64,000 nucleotides of DNA from Macrostomum lignano (Eukaryota): positions 186,001-250,000 of the forward strand of contig NIVC01000894.1 of NCBI GenBank assembly GCA_002269645.1. Reading direction: 5' to 3'. The notes beneath the pieces are model-generated. The model was given only the letters and a program-made list of their open reading frames with translations, searched no databases and was not told where the DNA came from. Positions 49,720-60,007 of this stretch are shown here, in pieces. A program made the translations under genes and the position numbers. Within the stretch, counting starts at the first letter, position 1; each line of letters opens with the position of its first letter.

Positions 49720-50535
49720 TGTAGAGATTTCCAAGCATAGTAGACTACTAGAAGTAGTAAGATAAAATTACGAATACAAATTAAAAAATAACATGCGTTA
49801 TACTCGGTTTCTAGTAAATACCAGTAATATCACGAAAACAGCGAGTGATCATCCTATTGTTCGAAAAACCGGTTCTCTAGATCTATTTTTAAAACTCCAA
49901 AATATGGTAAATGTTAACATAAAACCAACCCAAGTTTCACCTTTGCTATTCATAGAACCCCACCTGTAAAACGATAAAAATCCTTTCTTGACCTTATCAA
50001 AAAACCGGTTTGAGCTCAAGGTCGACTCAAATAAGTGAAAAATTCGAGCTGAAATCTTAGACTCGGAGCTAGAGCAGCCAAACGAGTCTACACCTCCAAG
50101 GTTGACAAATACGAATTGGTATGTCTTTGTCAGAGTCTTTGTTATTTTATTAGTGAGAGCTGAGTCATTGCCGGCTGTTACTAATCAGTTGATTTCTATT
50201 TGGTTATTGAATTTGAGGCCTCCATATTCCTAAGGGATTGGATAGGAGCTGCGGACCGATTCAAATACTCTTAGACGATTATTGATTGATTGATTTTAGT
50301 ACTCTAGAGTAACCGATAGGGGCACAGGACTCTGATTCTGTTATTTCTAGAAGAAGACGCCCTTTTGGAGGACCTCGATATTATTATAGAGATGATTTTG
50401 TCACTTAGGGCGCATCCCGGATATCAGTGATTACTAGTTACAATATATACATTTAACGTCGACGGATTAAGTTGTTGCGGTCATTAAAGTGCTCTCATAT
50501 TCAGCCGACTTCAAAAAACTCCGGAGGAAACTACA
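49720..50535. mobile_element. LTR-like element (TGTAGAG...CTACA) nested in the LINE
   Basis: TGTAG/CTACA inverted ends; related to 46995-47762. No TSD recognised and the right boundary is uncertain. Confidence 0.45.
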
Positions 50536-50852
50536 TTGAGGAGACGACAAAGAAGAGGAGCCCTCAATAGTAAGTATTCACTAAATTCTGTGCCCAGACT
50601 TGCGGTCTGGAAGCGGGAGTTCGTGCGTTTATACACTAGACTTCAATCTATTTATCTCTCTCTCTTTATCTCTCTCTCTAGTGTGCTAAAGCAAACTCTT
50701 CACCTTCACCATAGATGGTGAGGTTCTGCATGCTCCACTTCCGCTTCTAGGTGAAGACAGTGGAGAGACAGTGTACGGCTTGAGAGTGCAATAATGCCAT
50801 AGACACTCGTGCGCTAACGCTCACTCGTGGAGATCAAGCCGTGCATCTATCA

Positions 50853-51058
50853 CATTGCCGACTGGTATAGCCAACTAAGGAGAATACTTCAAATGTACCA
50901 CAGACAAAGATCAATTACCGGGGTAGCATGCATAATTGTGCCATTGTCTAGCCATTTGATTAATCTACCAAGTATTTTTATTCACAGTATTTACAGTACG
51001 TCTATGGTATAGACCGTGATTAACTGCATTTTCTAATTGGCTATACCATTCGGCAATG
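50853..51058. mobile_element. MITE-like element, about 206 bp, with about 24-bp terminal inverted repeats
   Basis: CATTGCCGACTGGTATAGCCAACT ... AATTGGCTATACCATTCGGCAATG. TSD not resolved. Confidence 0.55.
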
Positions 51059-51063
51059 GTATA

Positions 51064-51277
51064 GTTAGGCCATGTCGGGTGGCCCAGATTTTCACCTTGT
51101 CGGTGAACTTCTGCATCAGGTTTCGGAGAGAGCTGTTGTCAGAGCCACTGACAATTATAGCTGCGACCGACTTTGACGATACTGCTGGGGACGGCAGCCG
51201 TCAGGAGTTCGTCAATCACATGGTTCCAGAGCAGTGGGATGAGCACCTCGCCTTGGGCTCCGCCCTTCATCACCAGG
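51064..51277 (-). mobile_element. Reverse-transcriptase core fragment of the same LINE
   Basis: Minus-strand translation KGGAQGEVLIPLLWNHVIDELL...(YADD deleted)...AIIVSG...LMQKFTDKVKIWATRHGL. Confidence 0.75.
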
Positions 51278-51725
51278 TTCGTTTATTAAGTTCTTAGGTT
51301 CGTTCATTAAGTGTTCAGGTTTGTTCATCAAGTGCTCAGGATGGTTCATCAAGTGTTCAGGTTTGTTCATTTAGTGTTCAGACTTGTTCATTAAGTGCTC
51401 AGGTTTGTTTATCAAGTGCTCAGGTTTGTTCATCAAGTGCTCAGGATGGTTCATCAAGTGTTCAGGTTTGTTCATTAAGTGTTCAGACTTGTTCATCAAG
51501 TGCTCAGGATGGTTCATCAAGTGTTCAGGTTTGTTCATTTAGTGTTCAGACTTGTTCATTAAGTGCTCAGGTTTGTTTATCAAGTGCTCAGGTTTGTTCA
51601 TCAAGTGCTCAGGATGGTTCATCAAGTGTTCAGGTTTGTTCATTAAGTGTTCAGACTTGTTCATTAAGTGCTCAGGTTTGTTCATTAAGTGATCAGGTTT
51701 GTTTATCAAGTGCTCAGGTTTGTTT
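51278..51725. repeat. 21-bp minisatellite (CAGGTTTGTTCATCAAGTGCT)n
   Basis: Read directly from the sequence. Confidence 0.94.
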
Positions 51726-52842
51726 ATTAGTTTTTTTTCAGATTACCTACGAGTAGGAGACTGTAAAAAAGGTTCAATAAATAGCGCAGTAAAATTTAAC
51801 TTCATAAAAATGTAGAGACGCCATATATTAATTACCCGGATTTTTCAACTTTCTGTTAAACGGAAACACCGGCCTAAGCCTGAAGGGGCCAACAACAGCC
51901 TTTCCCATATTTTCTAGCTTCACGGGGTCCCTGGCTGTGCAAAGGTCTCAAGTTTTGTTTATGCGGTCTGAAGTTTCCCTTAAATAGCGTGATTTTTCTG
52001 ACACTGCTCGCAAGCACTGCTCCCAGCAGATTACCACTACCAGGTCAGGTTGATGTACTGTATGCTACAAGTGTATGATTTTTTAAATATTAATAAGCGT
52101 TTGTCTATCACCTTTGTCCTTCGAGTTGTCTGCGGCTTTAAACGTTTCTGCTTTGGATTTGTTATTGCAGAGGCAACAAAGGAGGCCTGGAAAGCCGCAG
52201 ACCACTAATGCTGGCCTGTCAGCTGGCCAGCGGTTTAATAAGTGAATTTCTGAATTTCTCATTTCCAACTCGCCTCCTGGTTTCTGGCACTGCCAACTTT
52301 CCAAATATTCACGACCATATGCTACAGTGGTCTCATCAAAGTTCCAGCCAGTGCAGTTGCAAATCCAGCACTTTTTGTCAGTCTGAAGTTTTGAGCTGAA
52401 GTAACACTTATTTACTACTGTTCAGTAGCAGTCCGTGTCTTGCAGTTGAGTCTGAGCAGAACACTGATCTGGCTTCACCGCAAAAAAAGTATATTCCAGC
52501 TCGAAATTCACGATCGATAAATGAAGTTCGTCTGCAAAAAAATTATTTTTCCTAGTTGGAATTTTATTTGAACAAAAAATCCGCAGTCGCACACCGACTG
52601 CTTTAAGTAGGCACGAACTGACATTGCAGCAGTTCTGCTGTTCCCTCAGAGCCAACGGAAGAGGCAGAAAGCTGGGCAGAGGCGGCCGCACAAGCCAGCA
52701 AAAGCAGCCGCAATCTGAGCAGGCAGGGTGAGAAGGAATTCGCTGCAGCTGCTCCAGTGCCAATAAAATCTGCTGCAGAGGCGGCCGCTGCCCTGCCGGA
52801 CTCTCGGGCTGAGCTGAGACACCTGCGACTGAGCTTTCTGCC

Positions 52843-55800
52843 ATGGCAGAGCAAGTGCCAACATCATTTCCTGGTGAAAAAGTAAGTAAAGTTAAAGTGA
52901 GACATTTAACAATCTGTAGGCTCGATTGCAGTTGCACGAACTCGAACTCACAATTTCATTCGTATGTTTGAATACGAGTATGCAGCTTGGGTGCCTCAAT
53001 TGCAGTTGCAGGAACTCACTCAGCCGGACCCCAGAGACCGGGCAAGCGTCGGATCCTCACCAGCCGATCTCCAGACTCTCGCCCACGACGTCATCCGAGG
53101 TGACTTCGGCCAGGTGCGGCGGCTGGCAACGCGCCAGCTGGTCACCAGCGCTGATGCAGCTCGTCGGACCGTCCTCATGCTGGTGGCCGACGCTCCTGAG
53201 ACTACCGTGCAGACTGAAAAGTGCATCTTGTACTTATTTGAGCTGGGCGCGAACCCCAAGGCGGCTGACGCGAACGGCGACACGGCTGCGCACCTGGCAG
53301 CCCGGCGGGACCACCTGCGGCTGCTGACGCTGCTGTCGTTCGATGCGAAGTGGCTGCGGAACGACAACGGCGCCACTCCGCTGATGGAGGCGGCGCGGAC
53401 TGGAAGCTGGAAATGCACCAAGCACCTGCTGCACCTGCTCAGGCAGAAAAAGTTCAATGAGTACAACAAGCACGGAAACTTGAAGAGGTCGCGGCTGCTC
53501 GGACTGGAGGATCGCGAGGGTCGGACGGCGTCGGACCTGGCGAGGCTCAGCGGCCACTCAGAGCTGGCCAGCTACATCGAGCGGTGAGTGAGCAGTTCGC
53601 TGCAGTGTCTGTCTGATCGTATTTGTCCGTTTTGAGAAAATTGCAAAATCGCTGCTCATTTTTGCTGTTGCAGGGAGATGCGGCTGGTTGTTGTTGGTAA
53701 ATATGGCACAATCTCCGGCCTGACAGCCCAGGTGAGCGGCATCTGCGGTGCCGATGCGGCTACAGCTGAGCAGCTGTGCTCAAATTTCCCGCTCGCCTTT
53801 GCAGGAGGAGGCGGATCGACAGGAGCTGCAGCGGCTGGCCGAGGTGGGCAACTCAGCGGGGCTGCGGCGAACGGCGACCCGCGGCAGCTGCGACCTGCCT
53901 GACGAATGGGGTCGCACCGCGTTGATGTGGGCAGCTCGGAACAGCTCGTGCAGTGATGAGGCTCTGTGGGAGCAGCTGGTACAGCTGGGTGACCCCACCT
54001 GTGCGACTATATCCGCTGCCGAATATATGACTACCAGTTGCCTGCACCATGCATCCGATGCTGGCAATTCTGCCGCAGCCTCCGCTCTGCTGGCTGCCGG
54101 AGCCTCCGCCAATTCCAGGAATTGCTGGGAGTTCACGCCCATCATGGAGACAGCCGATGCGCCCCCCACCTCCGCCGCCGCAGTCGGTCGGGTTCTGCTG
54201 GACTCAGGGGCGGATTGGAGCCTGAAGGACTGTCAGGGCAGAACTGCGCTGGATTTAGCCACGGACAATGGAAGCGGCGAACTGGCTGAGCTGCTGCGTG
54301 GGTGAGTTTCCTGAGAACGTCTCTTTGATTTAGATTTATCATTTATGAACGTTATGCTATAATTTATGATTGAATATTGAGCAGCGGACTGTAGTTTCTC
54401 TGAGTGGGCATTTTTACATTTTGTAGTTTAAATGGGCAGCAGGGACTGACTGAGCTGCATTGAGGGAATGCCGTGCTGTTTGACTGCAGATTTCTAGTAG
54501 AATATTAATTTTCAGCTGCCTGCGAGCTGAGAGACACCTGTTTGAACAATATAGCAAATAATATTAAGGAGCTCAGAGCATAGGCTCTCCCATCAGAATT
54601 CCCTTAACTTCAGACTTTGCATTGCATATTTAGGTACGACGGCAAGATTTACTTCGACGAGCCTCTGGCACTGTCGTGAGTTCCTTCAGCACACACAGCT
54701 ACAGCCTACAGCCACAGCACACACAGCTACGGCACACACAGCTACAGCACACACAGCTACAGCACACAGCTACAGCACACACAGCTACAGCACACAGCTA
54801 CAGCACACACAGCTACAGCACACAGCTACAGCACACACAGCTACAGCACACACAGCTACAGCATACAGCTACAGCACACAGCTACAGCGCACACAGCTAC
54901 AGCACACACAGCTACAGCACACAGCTACAGCACACACAGCTACAGCACACACAACTACAGCACACTTAGCTGCAGCACACAGCTACAGCACACAGCTACA
55001 ACTCACAGCTACAGTATGCAAATTATCCCTCATTGCCTCAATTCGCGTTTCCTCAGACCCAAAGGCCCCCCGTTCCGGGAGCGCTGGGACGCCGTTCGCC
55101 TCATCGGCCGCGGAGGCTTCGGCGAAGTCCACGAAGTTCGAACTGACACGGGCGTCACGTGCGCTGCCAATACTCTCAGACTGCCTGTGCAGCTCGGTGA
55201 TGAGTTACCCTCTGTAAGCACAGAGATCCACAGAGCTGTCGAGAGCGAGAGAAACCTGTGCCGACTGCGGCATCCCAACATCGTCAGGTTCTTGCACATC
55301 GCTCAGCCGGAGCCCGCCACAGTCGTTGTGTTCATGGAGCTGCTGGACGGCCGAAGCTTGGAGAGGTTTATCGACAACAAGCCGCTGGACGAGCCAAAGA
55401 TTCGAGACTTCAACAAGCAGGTGAGCATTGTGCATCCTTGATGCTCCTGTTCCATGTTCTCATGAATGATGACTGCTCACTGACCGACCGCTCGCAGATC
55501 TGCCGCGCGCTGCTCTACCTGCACAGCCGGCAGCCGCCCGTGATCTACAGAGACATCAACTGCTCGAACATAATTGTTTGTGCCGACAACACGCGAATCA
55601 AGCTGATCGACTTCGGTCTGTCAATCAAGCTGTCAGTCAGCCACTTCTCAGCCTCCACTCAGTCACCCAAAGGCACTCTGAACTTCATGGCGCCAGAGCT
55701 GCTCGGAGCGGGAGAGTCGGACAGCGTGCAGTACAGCAGAGAGTCGGACATCTGGGCGTTCGGCTGCTCGGTCTTCCAGATGGCGTCCGGCTCGAGGCCG

Positions 55801-56034
55801 TTCGCGAACACCAAAAGCCTGTTAGAAATGACCCAGCTGATCGACAGGAGGGGCGCCCCCGCCCTGCCGGACGGCCGGTCCGCAGAGCTGAGGGATTTCT
55901 ACAGCCGCTGCACCGCCAAGAACCACAAAAGAAGAAGATCCGCACAGGAGCTGCTCGAGCACGAGTTCCTGACGGGCGGGAGCTGCAGCTGGGATTCTTC
56001 ATCTCGTTGGTGGTTTATTAGATCATTCATTTAG
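52843..56034 (+). CDS. Ankyrin-repeat (pseudo)kinase, copy 4: intact 702-aa ORF with a single kinase domain
   Basis: Exons 52843-52881, 53012-53583, 53674-53731, 53805-54301, 54634-54675, 55057-55420, 55498-56034 sum to 2109 nt (703 codons including the stop), all GT-AG. The beta3 Lys is replaced by Asn (CAANT) and HRD reads YRD. Confidence 0.85.
53012..53583 (+). CDS. Copy 4 exon 2: ankyrin block A
   Basis: Ankyrin motifs; open frame. Confidence 0.88.
53805..54301 (+). CDS. Copy 4 exon 4: ankyrin block B
   Basis: GRTALMWAA, CLHHASDAGN, FTPIMETA, KDCQGRTALDLA. Confidence 0.9.
54688..55014. repeat. Intronic CACAGCTACAG-type microsatellite, copy 4
   Basis: Read directly from the sequence. 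Confidence 0.94.
55057..56034 (+). CDS. Copy 4 kinase domain (MEKK/STE11-like, predicted pseudokinase), 2 exons
   Basis: [12 protein letters not shown] (Lys lost), [40 protein letters not shown]. Confidence 0.85.
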
Positions 56035-56529
56035 ATCAAGCAGCGATTTGAGTCTCAGCAAACCTTTTTCGCTCACGCCATATTAAGCATACACTGCGAT
56101 TTTCAGCTTTTTTATTCCAGAACTGTTTTTTGATTTCCCGCACACACAGGCTGTGTTTGCTTCAATTCCCCTGTGACTGAGTGCCAGATGCACCCATGAA
56201 CTTTTCTAGTTTTAAGCTCAACTTGTTTAACTGCACCGCAGGCGTTATCGTCTCTGTTTTTCTGCCCCACCGCTCTTTTACTCTCTGCCCTCCCTCTAGT
56301 AGTTTAGCTGCTCAAATGGCAATCTGTACTCAAGCCCTGCTATTTGCAATCTGCTACTGTTGCTATTTTGTGAGCTTTGTGACGAATTGATCAAATATAC
56401 TCATGTGTGACTCTCTAGCATACCGGAACTGCCCGACTCAGCACTGAGTGGCTGTCGTGTTTGTTGAACTCAACTGCTGATAAAAATGAAAATGAAATTT
56501 GCCGAGTGGGAGAGTGAGATGCCGAAATG

Positions 56530-56965
56530 GCAGCTGCAGAGAGAGTAGAGGCAGCTGCAGAGAGAGTAGAGACAGCTGCAGAGAGAGTAGAGGCAGCTGC
56601 AGAGAGAGTAGAGGCAGCTGCAGAGAGAGTAGAGGCAGCTGCAGAGAGAGTAGAGGCAGCTGCAGAGAGAGTAGAGGCAGCTGCAGAGAGAGTAGAGGCA
56701 GCTGCAGAGAGAGTAGAGACAGCTGCAGAGAGAGTAGATGCAGCTGTAGAGAGAGTAGAGGCAGCTGCAGAGAGAGTAGATGCAGCTGTAGAGAGAGTAG
56801 AGGCAGCTGCAGAGAGAGTAGAGACAGCTGCAGAGAGAGTAGAGACAGCTGCAGAGAGATTAGAGACAGCTGCAGAGAGAGTAAAGGCAGCTGCAGAGAA
56901 AGTAGAGGAGCTGCAGAGAGAGTAGAGGCAGCTGCAGAGAGAGTAGAGGCAGCTGCAGAGAGAGA
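56530..56965. repeat. 21-bp minisatellite (GCAGCTGCAGAGAGAGTAGAG)n
   Basis: Homologous to 16600-17200. Confidence 0.95.
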
Positions 56966-57589
56966 GTTCGATCTAAAGTGACGAAACGAGAAAGCTTCCT
57001 AGAGGCATCCAACGCTTCAGCACGGCAGGCGTTCAAGGAATGCCGAGAAAATTTTCTACTCTTCAACTCTGAGCCGCTTCGCAACATTTCAGAGATCACT
57101 GCCGATGGAAAACAGAATTTCGGAATTTTATGGAGAAGGAGGAAGCTGAGTTGGGATTTGATGGAGAATGGGGAAGCTGAGCTCGGATCTGACGAAGCAG
57201 AGAGCTGGAATCGCTGTGAAGCATCTTATGGGTCACACAAGGATTTGCATTGCTTTCCCAGGAGAACATTACATTTAAAAATTACATATACATCGGAGGC
57301 AGGGTTCGTGTCCTCAGCTTTGCCGGCTGAGCGCTTGCATTGGCTGAGAGCAAAGCCCTGACAGTTGAATTCGGATGCATTGCAGCACAAATGTTTCACT
57401 TCATCATGTTGCACAATTGCAATGAATGCCAAGAATAAGCAATGCTGGCTTCTCAAAAACCCTTAATGTGTTTTGCTTGCAAAAGCAAAAGTTTATTCAA
57501 AGCTTATCGTAAGAGTCTCCGCCTCATGCCAGTTTTTGCTCTCCCAGTGCAGCAGAAGTCTCGCAGAGCAGATAAGCCGGACTCGAGGC

Positions 57590-59830
57590 AGTTTCTGCAC
57601 TGGGGAGTCGGCAGCCCTTATCAGTGCCGCAGTGCCTGCAGTGCGACTTGGCGCTGAACTTGGCCCGCCTGCGGCTCTGTGTGTGCATAATGCATAAGGG
57701 TGAACCAATCTCAAACTATAAATTCTTAGATAACTCATGACTGCTCAAAGAAGAATTACGTGAAGTTTGAGTTTTGCTTTAAACAGAAAAATGCTTCTTT
57801 AGCCGTAAATTGTCTGCGAATTTCTGTACATTACCCATGAGTGCTTGGTTTTCATTGATTTTATTTTATGGATTATCTGGGAAATGTCAGATCCAAAACT
57901 TGAAGATCCTGGGAGGCTGTCTGGGGAGTAGCAGATTCATGAGCAGGTCGGGCGTAGGATCAAGGCTTAGTCTGGGTACCTTACAATGTACGCTCGTATT
58001 TGGTTCAAAGGCCTGGCTGAGCATGTTACCTGTTGGAGTCACCTGACCGAGGCAGGCGGAGGTCGGACTGGACACTGGGGTGCCAGTGAGGTGTCTCATG
58101 AAGACGATGACCAAACAAAAGCTTCAGATTTGCATCAAGGCCAGACTAAAAAGGGCAAAAGTGCCACAGGTCGCAACTAAAGGCAGACACTGTAGAAAAA
58201 AAGATAAGTGAAGTCACCAAAGCTGCACAGGAGCTCAGATCGAGCAAGGTCTTCCCGATAAGAGAGTCACGGAGAGCTCACCTAAGAAGAGCAGCCATGC
58301 AGCCCTAAGAATCAGCTGACATTCGAAAGCAGCACTGGGCCAGAGAGCTGCATGAGCAGCTGTTCAACTGTTAACTATTTTGAGTAGCTGTGCGAGCGTT
58401 CAAAGCTTTGTGATAAGATAAACATTGTCAGTTTGTTGCGGAGCCGCAGTGTAGCTCACTGACTGCAGCGGAAAGTTAAGTTAAAAAATCATGCCATTGT
58501 GCTGTTCAGCCATCCTTTGCTGCCTGCGTGCTTTGCATGTGGTCCTGATTCAGCATTTTTTCATTTTAGAATTAATTGTTAGCTGAAGGGCTTGGCTTTA
58601 CAGTGAGCTGCATCCGAGTTAGCTCGGATGAGGGCGAGAGTGCTCGCCCAGTTTGTCGCTTTTTATTCTAAACTATCTATAGTTGTTCTACCGCGCCTTT
58701 GCTGTTGAGCAGTTCCGTCTGTCTAATTTGCTTAATTTTTGCCTACTGACGATCGGTGCAATGGCGTAGAAATGCAACTTCATTAAGCATGAATAAATAG
58801 CTCGTAAAGGAGCCGCATCACTGTCTGTTTTGCTGGCTGCTATCTCCAGATGAGGACTGCTTTTTTATTTAAATTAATATATAATAACCTACTGAAACGA
58901 GGAAAATGTCGATTAAAAAGTCTAAAAGTTTAAATGTCACACAAAGCAGATAAGCCCGACTTGTGAAAGTTTCTGCTCTGGGGACGTGGCAGCCCTTATC
59001 AGCACCGCAGTGACTGCAGTGCGACTTGGCGCTGAAGTTGGCCGCCTGCGGCTCTGTGTATGTCCCGCGCATAGAGGTGGAGCAATCTTAAAATATGAAT
59101 TATTTGATAAATCGTGACCACTTTAAGCCGAAGCCGAATCACGTGAATCTGAGTTTTGTTTTAGTCAGAAAATACGTTTTTGGCTGTTAGCGTGTCTGCG
59201 AATTTCCGTGTGTTAGCCATGAGTACTTAGTTTTTATTGATTTTATGGATTGTATAGCAAATGACAGATCCATGAATCGCTGTTTGGGATCCATGGGAAC
59301 TGTCTGGGAAGTAACAGATCCATGAGCCGTTGTTGCGTAGGATCAAGGCTTAGCCTGGGCACCCTACAATGTACGTTTCTATTTGGTTCAAAGGCCTGGC
59401 TGAGCATGTCACCTGTCGGAGTCACCTGACCGAGGCAGGCGGAGGTCAAACTGGACACTGGGGTGCCAGTGAGGTGTCTCACGAAGACGATGACCAAACA
59501 AGAGCTTCAGATTTGCTGCGAGGCCAGACCGAAAATGGAAAAAGTCGCACAGGCCGCACCTCAAGGCAAACACTGTAGAAAGAATTGGAGCCACTGAGTT
59601 GCACCGGAGCTCAGACCAAAGGTCTTCCCGATAAGAGAGTCGCGGAGATCCTTGAGAAGAGCAGCGTTCAGCCCAAGAGTCAGCTGACACTGACGTCAAG
59701 GCCGAAAGCAACTGTGATAAGATAAACACTGTCAGTTGGTTGCGGAGCTCACAGTGAGGCTTTTTAACTGCAAGTTCTGAAAGTTCAAGAATCGCGCCAT
59801 AGTGCTGTTCAGCCAACCTTTGCTGCTTTT
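57590..59830. repeat. Local tandem duplication (about 57590-58620 vs 58980-59830) containing degenerate copies of the 31143-31424 peptide gene
   Basis: Collinear diverged blocks: GCCCTTATCAG...GCGACTTGGCGCTGAA, TCAAGGCTTAG, GACACTGGGGTGCCAGTGAGG, TCTTCCCGATAAGAGAGTC. Confidence 0.85.
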
Positions 59831-60007
59831 GCGCCTTGAATGTTGAATGCGCCTTGAATGCCTCGAATTCCATTGGTTCCATTTTATACTACTGTCAGGA
59901 CTCATTAAAGCTAAGGGTGCTTATTTTTGTTTGAATTTGAAGCCGAAAAATGGATCTGAGAAATTAATTTTGCTCGTATTTTGCTTTAAATGAGTGCAAA
60001 ACTCTAA

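Noticed and set aside
51037-51297. Plus-strand 86-aa ORF
   Set aside because: The opposite strand encodes recognisable LINE RT motifs, so the plus-strand ORF is a shadow.
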